Position numbers and translations under genes: made by a program
The notes under the pieces: generated by a model
What the model saw: the letters and a program-made list of their open reading frames with translations, nothing else
Told to the model about the DNA's origin: nothing
Database searches by the model: none
NCBI RefSeq assembly: GCF_000008665.1
Contig: NC_000917.1
Span: 1,650,001 to 1,682,000, forward strand
Length of the DNA stretch: 32,000 bases
Direction: 5' to 3'
DNA from: Archaeoglobus fulgidus DSM 4304
GTDB lineage: Archaea > Halobacteriota > Archaeoglobi > Archaeoglobales > Archaeoglobaceae
In this document: piece by piece, positions 1 to 8,039 of the stretch
How the letters are laid out: every line of letters starts with the position of its first letter
How positions within the stretch are numbered: position 1 is the first letter of the stretch

Positions 1-5
1 TCCAT

Positions 6-34
6 CGAACATATGTTCGCCGAACAAATGTTCG
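6..34. repeat. Two near-identical 14-bp palindromes in tandem (15-bp period)
   Basis: CGAACATATGTTCG (6-19, perfect palindrome), c, CGAACAAATGTTCG (21-34, 5-bp arms) at the nadA start region. Confidence 0.7.
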
Positions 35-914
35 ACATTGAAAGGCTGAAAAGGCAGAAGAATGCGGTCATTCTGGCGCACAACTACCAGATACTGCCAA
101 TTCAGGGCGTTGCAGACTTCGTTGGAGATAGCTTGAACTATCAATGGCTGCAAAGGATGTTGATGCAGACATAATCCTTTTCTGCGGAGTTGACTTCATG
201 GCGGAGACTGCAGCAATCCTGAATCCCGATAAGAAGGTGCTGATTCCCTCAACGGAAGCAATCTGCCCGATGGCAATGCAGATTGATGCGGAGATGGTGA
301 AAAAGGCCAAGGAGAAGTACAATGCTCCCTTCGTTGCCTACGTAAACACCCACGCAGAGACAAAGGCCGTGGCGGATGTTTGTTGCACCTCTGCCAACGT
401 GGCGAAGGTTGTGGAGAACCTTGATGCTGAAAGAGTTTTGCTTGGTCCTGACGCAAACCTTGCGTGGTATGCTGCCGAGAAAACAGGGAAGGAGGTTATA
501 GCGGTCCCGCAATATGGAAACTGCTGTGTTCACCAGTCTTTCACCGCTAAGGATGTTCTGACAGCGAGGGAAAAGCATCCGGATGCCACCATAATAGTGC
601 ATCCTGAGTGCAGACCTGAAGTGCAGAAGCTTGCTGATTTTGTGGGCTCTACAAGCCAGATGGTCAGATTTGTAGAGCAAAGCGATGCTGAGAAGGTGAT
701 TATAGGAACGGAAATAGGTCTGATTGAGCGGTTGAGACAGCAGAGCGACAAAACCATTCTGCCCCTCAAAGAGAGTGTCTGCAGGGCGATGAAGCGGAAC
801 ACGATGGATGGCGTTGTTAAAGCGCTCGTTGAGGAGAGAAATGTGGTTAGAGTGGATGAAAAAATTGCCGAGAAAGCGAGAAGGGCGATAGAGAGGATGT
901 TTGAGCTATGTTAG
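13..914 (+). CDS. nadA: Quinolinate synthase NadA, with an apparent one-base frame disruption near position 135 (start could be ATG13 or ATG28; true start may lie upstream of the window)
   Basis: Frame 1 reads [41 protein letters not shown]. After about nt 135 the reading continues in frame 3 as (E)[30 protein letters not shown]...[25 protein letters not shown]...[16 protein letters not shown]. NadA motifs and conserved Cys are present. First gene of a nadA-nadX-nadC order. Confidence 0.93.
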
Positions 915-1618
915 TCGGCTTAATTGGATACGGGGCAATTGGAAAATTTCTGGCTGAGTGGCTTGAAAGGAACGGATTTGAGATTGCTGCCATTCTGGAT
1001 GTAAGGGGAGAGCACGAGAAGATGGTTAGAGGCATTGACGAGTTCCTCCAGAGGGAGATGGATGTGGCCGTTGAGGCTGCATCGCAGCAAGCTGTTAAGG
1101 ACTATGCGGAGAAAATTCTTAAGGCTGGCATAGACCTAATTGTTCTGAGCACCGGGGCCTTCGCTGACAGGGATTTTCTCAGCAGAGTCAGGGAAGTCTG
1201 CAGGAAAACGGGCAGGAGAGTTTACATAGCATCTGGGGCAATCGGTGGATTGGATGCCATTTTTTCAGCATCAGAGTTGATAGAGGAAATCGTTCTGACA
1301 ACAAGGAAGAATTGGAGGCAGTTTGGCAGAAAAGGTGTAATATTCGAAGGCTCTGCATCTGAGGCAGCTCAGAAATTCCCGAAAAACTTGAACGTTGCAG
1401 CGACGCTCAGCATTGCCTCAGGAAAAGACGTGAAGGTCAGGCTTGTAGCTGACGAGGTTGAGGAGAACATCCACGAAATTCTGGTGAGGGGAGAGTTTGG
1501 GGAGATGGAAATCAGAGTTAGGAACAGGCCAATGAGGGAAAATCCGAAGACGAGCTATCTTGCTGCCCTTTCTGTAACGAGAATTTTGAGAAATCTTAAG
1601 GAGGGATTGGTGGTTTGA
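908..1618 (+). CDS. nadX: L-aspartate dehydrogenase
   Basis: N-terminal Rossmann motif [19 protein letters not shown]; STGAFADRDFL and IASGAIGGLDAI motifs; about 236 aa; overlaps the nadA stop and sits before nadC. Confidence 0.92.
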   Translation: MLVGLIGYGAIGKFLAEWLERNGFEIAAILDVRGEHEKMVRGIDEFLQREMDVAVEAASQQAVKDYAEKILKAGIDLIVLSTGAFADRDFLSRVREVCRKTGRRVYIASGAIGGLDAIFSASELIEEIVLTTRKNWRQFGRKGVIFEGSASEAAQKFPKNLNVAATLSIASGKDVKVRLVADEVEENIHEILVRGEFGEMEIRVRNRPMRENPKTSYLAALSVTRILRNLKEGLVV

Positions 1619-2439
1619 AGGCACTAATAAAGAAAAAGCTGCTGGAGTTTCTGGAGGAGGACATGCCTTACGGGGATGTGACGGCCATCCCTACAAAGGA
1701 TGTGGAGGCAGTTATCGTTTCAAAGGGCGAGGGAGTTTTGGCGGGGGTTGGGGTTGTTAAGATACTTTTCGACCTTGCAGAAATCGTTGTGATGGAGTCC
1801 AAGAAAGACGGGGAGCCAATAAAGCCCGGAGACGTGGTGATGAGGCTGAGGGGAAAATCTGACTCAATCCTTGCAACGGAGAGACTTGCAATCAACATTT
1901 TGATGAGAATGAGCGGGATTGCTACCGCAACAGCAAAAATGGTGGAGAGGGCAAGGAGAGTGAATCCCAAAGTTGTTGTTGCAGCAACGAGGAAAACAAC
2001 TCCCGGCTTCAGAATTTTTGAGAAAATGGCGGTGGAAATTGGGGGAGGAGATGCTCACCGCTTCTCCCTTTCAGACTGCCTCATGCTGAAGGACAACCAC
2101 ATCGCCGTTGCAGGTTCCTTGGAGAGGGCAATGAAGGTGAAGAGAAGCTTCACGAAGAAGCTGGAGGTTGAGGTAGGAAGTGTTGGGGATGCAATTAAGG
2201 CGGCAGAGTTTGGGGCAGATATCATAATGCTTGACAACTTTACACCAGAAATGGTTGCTGAGGCTGTGGAGGAGCTAAGGAGGAGAGGATTGAGAGAGAA
2301 GGTCATTATTGAGGTTTCCGGCAGTGTAACGCCAGAAAACGTCGCTGAGTTTGCTGCCATGGACGTTGACGTCATCTCTTCTGGATACATCACCCACTCC
2401 GCCCCCGCCTTAGATTTCAGCCTGAGAGTTTTGCAATAA
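1615..2439 (+). CDS. nadC: Nicotinate-nucleotide pyrophosphorylase (quinolinate phosphoribosyltransferase)
   Basis: EEDMPYGDVTA, LNILMRMSGIATAT, RKTTPGFRIFEKMAVEIGGGDAHRFSLSDCLMLKDNH, IMLDNF, EVSGSVTPENV motifs; overlaps the nadX stop by 4 nt. Confidence 0.95.
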   Translation: MKALIKKKLLEFLEEDMPYGDVTAIPTKDVEAVIVSKGEGVLAGVGVVKILFDLAEIVVMESKKDGEPIKPGDVVMRLRGKSDSILATERLAINILMRMSGIATATAKMVERARRVNPKVVVAATRKTTPGFRIFEKMAVEIGGGDAHRFSLSDCLMLKDNHIAVAGSLERAMKVKRSFTKKLEVEVGSVGDAIKAAEFGADIIMLDNFTPEMVAEAVEELRRRGLREKVIIEVSGSVTPENVAEFAAMDVDVISSGYITHSAPALDFSLRVLQ

Positions 2440-2469
2440 TTTCAAATATCAGCCTGCCAATTTAGACCA

Positions 2470-3345
2470 ATGGATGACGAGGTAAGGGAAAAGCTGATTG
2501 AGGCAGGAAAAATTCTGAAGCAGGCCGTTAACGAGGCTGCTGAGAAAATTGCCCCCGGGGTAAAGATTCTTGAGGTTGCCGAATTCGTCGAGAACAGAAT
2601 TATCGAGCTGGGAGCAAAGCCAGCCTTTCCTGCAAACATCTCCATCAACAGCGATGCGGCGCACTTCACTCCCAAGAAAAACGATGAAAGAACGTTTAAA
2701 GAGGGAGATGTGGTCAAGCTTGACGTTGGAGCGCACATTGATGGTTACATTGCAGACATGGCAGTTACCGTCGACCTCGGAGACAATACAGAGCTTGTTA
2801 AAGCTGCAAAGGAGGCTCTTGAGGCAGCGATGGAGGTTGTGAGGGCAGGGGTGAGTGTTTCGGAGATAGGAAAGGCCATTGAGGATGCCATAACCAATTA
2901 TGGCTTTAAGCCCATTGTCAATCTCACGGGCCATGGCCTTCTTCCGTATCTAAACCACGCACCGCCGAGCATCTACAACTACGCAACGGAAAAGGGAGTG
3001 ACGCTGGAGGAGGGGATGGTGGTAGCCATTGAGCCCTTCGCAACCAACGGTGTTGGCAAAGTCGGGGAAAGGGGAGAATGTGAGATTTACAGCCTTCTCA
3101 ACCCGAGACCCGTGAGAATGAAGATGGCAAGGGAAATTCTGAAGGAAGTGGAGGAGAATTACAAGACTCTGCCCTTTGCGAAGAGATGGCTGAAAAAGGC
3201 TCCGGACATCATAATCTCAAAGCTCGCAAGAGAGGGAGTGCTGAGAGCCTACCCCGTGCTGACAGAGGTGAGTGGGGGACTGGTTAGCCAGTGGGAGCAC
3301 ACGCTCATTGTTGAGGACGGAGGAGCAACCATAACCACTAAATAA
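2470..3345 (+). CDS. map: Methionine aminopeptidase (type II-like)
   Basis: AGKILKQAVNEA, VVKLDVGAHIDGYIADMAVTVDLG, NLTGHGLLPYLNH, EPFATNGVGKV, HTLIVEDGGATITTK. Confidence 0.93.
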   Translation: MDDEVREKLIEAGKILKQAVNEAAEKIAPGVKILEVAEFVENRIIELGAKPAFPANISINSDAAHFTPKKNDERTFKEGDVVKLDVGAHIDGYIADMAVTVDLGDNTELVKAAKEALEAAMEVVRAGVSVSEIGKAIEDAITNYGFKPIVNLTGHGLLPYLNHAPPSIYNYATEKGVTLEEGMVVAIEPFATNGVGKVGERGECEIYSLLNPRPVRMKMAREILKEVEENYKTLPFAKRWLKKAPDIIISKLAREGVLRAYPVLTEVSGGLVSQWEHTLIVEDGGATITTK

Positions 3346-4054
3346 CTCCCGCTTTCTCCAGCAGTTCCTCATTTTTCAGTATCTCTTTTCCCCCAGCGGC
3401 CTCAATCCTGTGCTCAAGGTTGAGAAGGACGAATTTGTCTGCAAGCTTCTCAGCCACGTCCAGCTCGTGTGTAGCGATTACCAGAGTGCCCTTAAAATCT
3501 TCCAGAATCTTCAGAATCAGCCTCTTCGTCTTCCCGTCAACGTATGCCGTGGGCTCGTCAAGCAGCAAGACCTCAGGTTTGTAAATCAGAACACTTGCAA
3601 TCTCCACTTTCTTCTTCTCCCCACCGCTCAGCCTGAAGGGGGGCTTGTTCAAAAGGTGAGTAATGCCGAACATCTCCGCATACTCCTTTACGGCATTCTC
3701 CATCTCCTCTTCGCTCCACTCAAGCTGCCTCGGAACGTAGAGAAGCTCATCCCTCACTGTTGGATTGAAAAGGAAGTCATCGGGATTCTGGAAAACAACT
3801 CCAATCTTTCTCCTTATCTCCTCAACGTTCTTCTTGTCAATCTCTCTTCCGAAAATCCTGATTTTTCCCTTTGTCGGCCTGAGCAGTCCCGCAAGGAGGA
3901 GAATCAGGGTGGATTTGCCGCTCCCATTGGCCCCTATCAGCCCCACCCTGTCTCCCTCAAAAATCTCAAGACTCACTTCCCTGACTCCTGCACTGCCGTC
4001 CGGGTAGTCGTAGCTGACGCTATCAGCCTCAATAACCTTCAGATTATCACCCAC
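3338..4054 (-). CDS. cbiO: Cobalt/nickel ECF transporter ATPase
   Basis: Walker A GANGSGKST, Q-loop VVFQNPDDFLF, signature RLSGGEKKKVEIASVL, Walker B EVLLLDEPTAYVD, H-loop THELDVAEKLADK. Confidence 0.93.
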   Translation of the reverse strand: MGDNLKVIEADSVSYDYPDGSAGVREVSLEIFEGDRVGLIGANGSGKSTLILLLAGLLRPTKGKIRIFGREIDKKNVEEIRRKIGVVFQNPDDFLFNPTVRDELLYVPRQLEWSEEEMENAVKEYAEMFGITHLLNKPPFRLSGGEKKKVEIASVLIYKPEVLLLDEPTAYVDGKTKRLILKILEDFKGTLVIATHELDVAEKLADKFVLLNLEHRIEAAGGKEILKNEELLEKAGVI

Positions 4055-4770
4055 CAGAAAGCTGTGAAGCCCACGATTACTGCGTAAACGAAATCCAGCA
4101 TTTTAAGCTTTCCTCTGTAGTGGACAATAGCCTCACCCCTCGCCTCCATCGCCAGCTGAACTTTTTCAGCCTTCTCAAAGCTTCTCAGAAAGAACAGCCC
4201 CACCGCCTCCCCTCCCTTCCTCCACACCTCCATGTGACTGCCCTTCGAAACCCTCCTGCTCTCCCTCGCCAGCAGAATGGAAAGAAGCTCCCTGAACATA
4301 AGCACCGCATACCTGTATGCCAGCCATAGAGCCGAGACGAAAATGGCAGGAACCTTGAAGGAGCGGAGAGCAGAGCAAATCTCTGCAAAGCTTGTGGTCA
4401 TTATAAGCATCTGAATCGCAACCAGCGAGGCGGCAACTCTGAGCGTGAAGGTTACTCCATATGTAGGAGATGATATTGCAAAGGGCAGAACCACAATAAA
4501 CGAGAATAGGGTAAAAAGCCAGATTCTCTCTGCAATCCTCCTCAGGCTCAGGCCAACAACCGCAGAAATGACGATGAGAAAAATGAAGACCATCAAAACT
4601 TTCTCAAGGGTGAAGGTTGAAACGGCGAGGACAACAAAAACTATGGTTGCAATTAGCTTTACTCTCGCATCAACCTCATGCAAAGCGCTCCTTTTTGTGT
4701 ATTCGTGGAGCAAAAAATTTTGAAAGTAGCTCGAAGCCTCCTTAATTGTCCTTTCAAGCAGTTCGTGCAT
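4039..4770 (-). CDS. cbiQ: ECF transporter transmembrane (T) component CbiQ
   Basis: HEVDARVKLIATIVFVVLAVST N-terminal pattern, ESRRVSKGSHMEVW and AMEARGE coupling motifs; multiple hydrophobic helices; between cbiO and cbiM. Confidence 0.88.
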   Translation of the reverse strand: MHELLERTIKEASSYFQNFLLHEYTKRSALHEVDARVKLIATIVFVVLAVSTFTLEKVLMVFIFLIVISAVVGLSLRRIAERIWLFTLFSFIVVLPFAISSPTYGVTFTLRVAASLVAIQMLIMTTSFAEICSALRSFKVPAIFVSALWLAYRYAVLMFRELLSILLARESRRVSKGSHMEVWRKGGEAVGLFFLRSFEKAEKVQLAMEARGEAIVHYRGKLKMLDFVYAVIVGFTAFWWVII

Positions 4771-5641
4771 ATCTGGTTAATGCGAATCCAAGAGCTAAAA
4801 CGATTACTGTTCCAACTATACCAGCAATCAGCGTTCCCGCATAGGGGTCAAGGCCCGGCAGGGTGTAATCTGGAAGCAATCCCTCGTAAATGGGGTTTTC
4901 TTCAAGGCCGAGCATCGCGGCAGCGTTCTCAAGAGGTTCAGAGTATCCAACGAGCTCTGCGGCGTAGGCAAAGAGCGGTGAAACTGCAATCATTGCAGCA
5001 ATAACTGCAAGAGCCAGCTTTCCCGGAGCTGCTTTCTGCTCAATGACGTCAGGCCTCGCTGCAGCTATGTAGCTCACAACTCCAGCCGTAATCGTTCCCT
5101 CAACCAAACCGAGGAGTGCGTGCCAAGTCCCCATCACGGGCAATGTAACCTTGAGCCCGTAGCCGAAGGATGTGGAAATGCCGATTTCGATTCCTGCAAA
5201 GATGGCTGCGAGCGTTATGCCAATCCATCCTGCAATGAAGGCCGCTGCAGACCTGTTGAACCTCTCAATGGCTCTGTAAACGTAGTAACCAACGAAAACG
5301 TTAACAATAGCCATGTTCCATACGTTGGCCCCGAGAGCAGTTATGCCTCCATCCGCAAACACCAGACATTGAATTGTTAAAACCACTGCCATCGCGAGCG
5401 CCCCAGCGTATGGACCAAGCAGGATTCCCGCAAGCGCCCCTCCAACGAAGTGGGCTGATGTTCCTCCCGGAATGGGCCAGTTGAGCATCTGTGCAGCAAA
5501 AATAGCCGCTGCAACAATCCCGAAGAGGGACGTCAGCTTCTGCCCTCTCAGCCTGTAAATCGAGTATCCGAGCACCGCTATGCTAAGAATGTAAAACAAA
5601 CCCGCTATGCTCAAATCGAGGTAGCCATCAGGGATGTGCAA
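4754..5641 (-). CDS. cbiM: Cobalt/nickel ECF substrate-binding component CbiM with fused PDGLE/NikN-like C-terminal region
   Basis: N-terminal MHIPDGYLD metal-binding start; GGTSAHFVGGALAGILLGPYAG and ALGANVWNM motifs; C-terminal VGYSEPLENAAAMLGLEENPIYEGLLPDYTLPGLDPYAGTLIAGIVGT resembles the PDGLE/NikN domain. Confidence 0.9.
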   Translation of the reverse strand: MHIPDGYLDLSIAGLFYILSIAVLGYSIYRLRGQKLTSLFGIVAAAIFAAQMLNWPIPGGTSAHFVGGALAGILLGPYAGALAMAVVLTIQCLVFADGGITALGANVWNMAIVNVFVGYYVYRAIERFNRSAAAFIAGWIGITLAAIFAGIEIGISTSFGYGLKVTLPVMGTWHALLGLVEGTITAGVVSYIAAARPDVIEQKAAPGKLALAVIAAMIAVSPLFAYAAELVGYSEPLENAAAMLGLEENPIYEGLLPDYTLPGLDPYAGTLIAGIVGTVIVLALGFALTRYARTA

Positions 5642-5738
5642 TTTCTCACCTCGTATTACTTTTTTTCAGATTTTTCACAAGTGCTAATAAAGTTTTTGAT
5701 TTTAGTATTTTGGAGAAAATTATGAATAAAAAAGAAAA

Positions 5739-6838
5739 TTAAGAGGATGTATATGTGACGCTTATCTTAGTGAAAGCCTCTTCAGTTATTTCAACCTGAA
5801 TGTAGCTGCTCCCCTTGCTGCCCCCAACGAAATACTGTCCTTCAGAGGTGCTGGTCATAACCTCCCAGCCTTCGCTCTTAAGCTTGTTCACGTACCACTG
5901 GAAGACGCTGTTTCCACTGTCTTCAGTGCCGTAAGTAATCTGAACTGTGTTAACTCCACCCGCTGTTACCGTCATGTATTCCAGCATAACTGAGCCGGGA
6001 TACCTCTCCATCGGCTCCTCTCCACTGACCAAGTCGTGAGATGGCAGCCCCTTCTGCCTGTAGTCGATGTCAATTTCCGTGTAAGAAACCCTTCGTAGGG
6101 CTCTATTATGTAGATGTCAATGTACTCCTTTCCCCTGCTGAAAGCCAGGTCGATGCTGGAATCATCCGAGCTTTCGCTCTCCAGCACCCATCCCTCAGCC
6201 TGAAGCTCCTGTTTGTACCAGTGTGCTACCTTTTCTGCACTGTCTTCAGTGCCGTAATCGATGCCTATGGAAACCTCAAGCGGGTTAGAGGTGTCTTTGT
6301 AGTAGCTCAGCATCACTGAGCCGGGGTATCTCTTCACAGGCTCCTCTCCCGATGCCTGATCAGATGCTGGAAGCTGTTCTCCTGCACCTCCAGCCTCACC
6401 GCTCTCGCCCGTCAGCTTGTCTATCGGCCCTTCTACGATGAAATAAACAGCACCACCGCCCTCTACACCGCTACCACTCATCGCCCAGATTCCAACACCT
6501 TTATCGCCCTTCTTAAACAAAATTGCTCCCCACTCAGCGCTTCCCTGGGGGGTGGTCATTTGCACAACGCTCATCTCATTAACAATCTCGTAGTCGGACA
6601 GCTTCTCCTTGTACCAGCTCAGAATATCTTTGGCATTGGCGTTCTCCACCGTGTAGGCTTTAACACTCACCCCCTCTGTCGGAACGCCAATGAGCTGAGA
6701 GTAGAGAGTTGGAGCGCTGTAAACCTTAGAACCGCTGTACTCCGGAACGCCTCCTGAGCTTGGCGACTGGGAGCAGCCGGACAGCACGACTACCACAGCC
6801 AGCGAAATTAAAACCAGAGTTCTAAATTCGAACTTCAT
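5739..6838 (-). CDS. Putative lipoprotein with tandem related domains; one-base frame disruption near 6089-6091
   Basis: Signal peptide and lipobox-like start MKFEFRTLVLISLAVVVVLSGCSQ. The 5972..6838 ORF aligns into the 5739..6032 ORF if one base is restored in the G run (minus strand GAAGGGTTTC): ...YIIEPYEG-VSYTEIDIDYRQKGLPSHDLVSGEEPMERYPGSVML.... Confidence 0.7.
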
Positions 6839-6932
6839 TTACCCACCTTCACATTTTTTGTTCCTAAACTGTGCATCCCTTATAAGAAAATTTTGATTTC
6901 GAATTAAAATATCAAACGAATTGATAAAAATT

Positions 6933-7343
6933 TTATCGAACTATGGCAAAAGATGCCAATTCCTCCTTATCTACCTTCTCTATGTCCTTGATCATGCTGT
7001 CAAAATGCCTGAACCACTCTTCCATTGCATCTTTAGCAATCTTTTTGAACTCCTCGAAGTCCTTCGGGAAGTAGAGGTACTTGTACCCCCCACCCTTCAG
7101 AATTCTGTACTCCCTCTTAACAAGCCCTCTTTCCATTAAGTTTCTTAAAGCTTTGTAAACTGTGCTTTCATCTTTCTCAAGCTCTTTTGCGATGGTTTCT
7201 ACATCCAGACCGGGGTTTTTCAGGAGAATGAGATAAACGTCCATTTCGAGACATGAAATGTTGAGGGCGCATTTCAGCACGCACTTCAAATCGGGACTGC
7301 ATGTGGCCTCCATTATATCACCTGTGAATTTTAGGGCCAGCAC
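6933..7343 (-). CDS. TrmB-like / winged-HTH transcriptional regulator (start may be the internal ATG at about 7313)
   Basis: LNISCLEMDVYLILLKNPGLDVETIAKELEKDESTVYKALRNLMERGLVKREYRILKGGGYKYLYFP: a typical TrmB/MarR-type wHTH. Confidence 0.8.
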   Translation of the reverse strand: MLALKFTGDIMEATCSPDLKCVLKCALNISCLEMDVYLILLKNPGLDVETIAKELEKDESTVYKALRNLMERGLVKREYRILKGGGYKYLYFPKDFEEFKKIAKDAMEEWFRHFDSMIKDIEKVDKEELASFAIVR

Positions 7344-7360
7344 ATCTTATAATTTTTCCC

Positions 7361-7958
7361 TTAAGCTTTCCCGAAGTACTTCTCCAGCACCTTTTTCTGC
7401 CCCCTTCTTAGTATCTCTGATAGAGTCGAGGGGGCTATGCCGAAAAACTCTGCAAGCTGTTCGAGCTTTACCCTTTTCGGGAAATCGAAGTATCCCTTTT
7501 CGAGGGCAATTTTCAGGATTTCCTCCTCCCTGTAAGTTATCTCGTCCTTGCCGGAGGCTTGCCTTTGTAAATAAGCTCGAAGTCAACACCCTCAAGGTTT
7601 TCAAGCAGGGCGATAAAGCCCTCGTCATCGCAGATTATGCTCCAAACAAGCTCAGATTCGCTGACGTCAACTCCTGTAATGACACAGCCGGACTCGAGGA
7701 TGGGAATCGCAACCAGACAGGTGTGCTCCTTAATGAGGACCTTCGCCTCTTTCGAAGAGATGGACACACCCTCGCAGTGCGAAGGCAATTTCTCTAACAC
7801 CTCCCAAGCGTTTTCTCCCTTTACCCTCAGCAGCCCCTTTACAACCTCCTCTCTCTTGGCGAAGCCTCTACCTTCACAATGCAGCTTTTCATGATTCCGT
7901 TCAGCGTGGCGAGGGTGCAGTTTTCAGGCAGCTTGGTTTTAATCTGCACTTCGAGCAT
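7361..7958 (-). pseudogene. Bacterio-opsin-activator-like regulator with C-terminal HTH_10 domain, interrupted by two one-base frame disruptions (about 7867 and about 7555)
   Basis: Three consecutive reading frames reconstruct one protein: MLEVQIKTKLPENCTLATLNGIMKSCIVKVEx / GFAKREEVVKGLLRVKGENAWEVLEKLPSHCEGVSISSKEAKVLIKEHTCLVAIPILESGCVITGVDVSESELVWSIICDDEGFIALLENLEGVDFELIYKGKPx / SGKDEITYREEEILKIALEKGYFDFPKRVKLEQLAEFFGIAPSTLSEILRRGQKKVLEKYFGKA*. Confidence 0.78.
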
Positions 7959-8008
7959 TACAGTTGGTTCACCGCAGAAAATAAAGATGACGAAAATCTT
8001 AGGGAGTA

Positions 8009-8017
8009 AGTATATAC
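8009..8017 (+). promoter_or_regulatory. Candidate TATA box for the CO dehydrogenase gene
   Basis: AGTATATACC about 25 nt upstream of the ATG at 8040, a spacing compatible with a leaderless transcript; no clear Shine-Dalgarno before the ATG. Confidence 0.4.
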
Positions 8018-8039
8018 CACTTGGAGTCAATATCAAATC

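Noticed and set aside
3410-4087. 225-aa plus-strand ORF antisense to cbiO
   Set aside because: cbiO carries all ABC ATPase motifs on the minus strand; the plus-strand translation has no domain-like features.
7347-7628. 93-aa minus-strand ORF
   Set aside because: Wrong frame of the frameshifted HTH_10 gene; the domain is read in a different frame ending at 7361.
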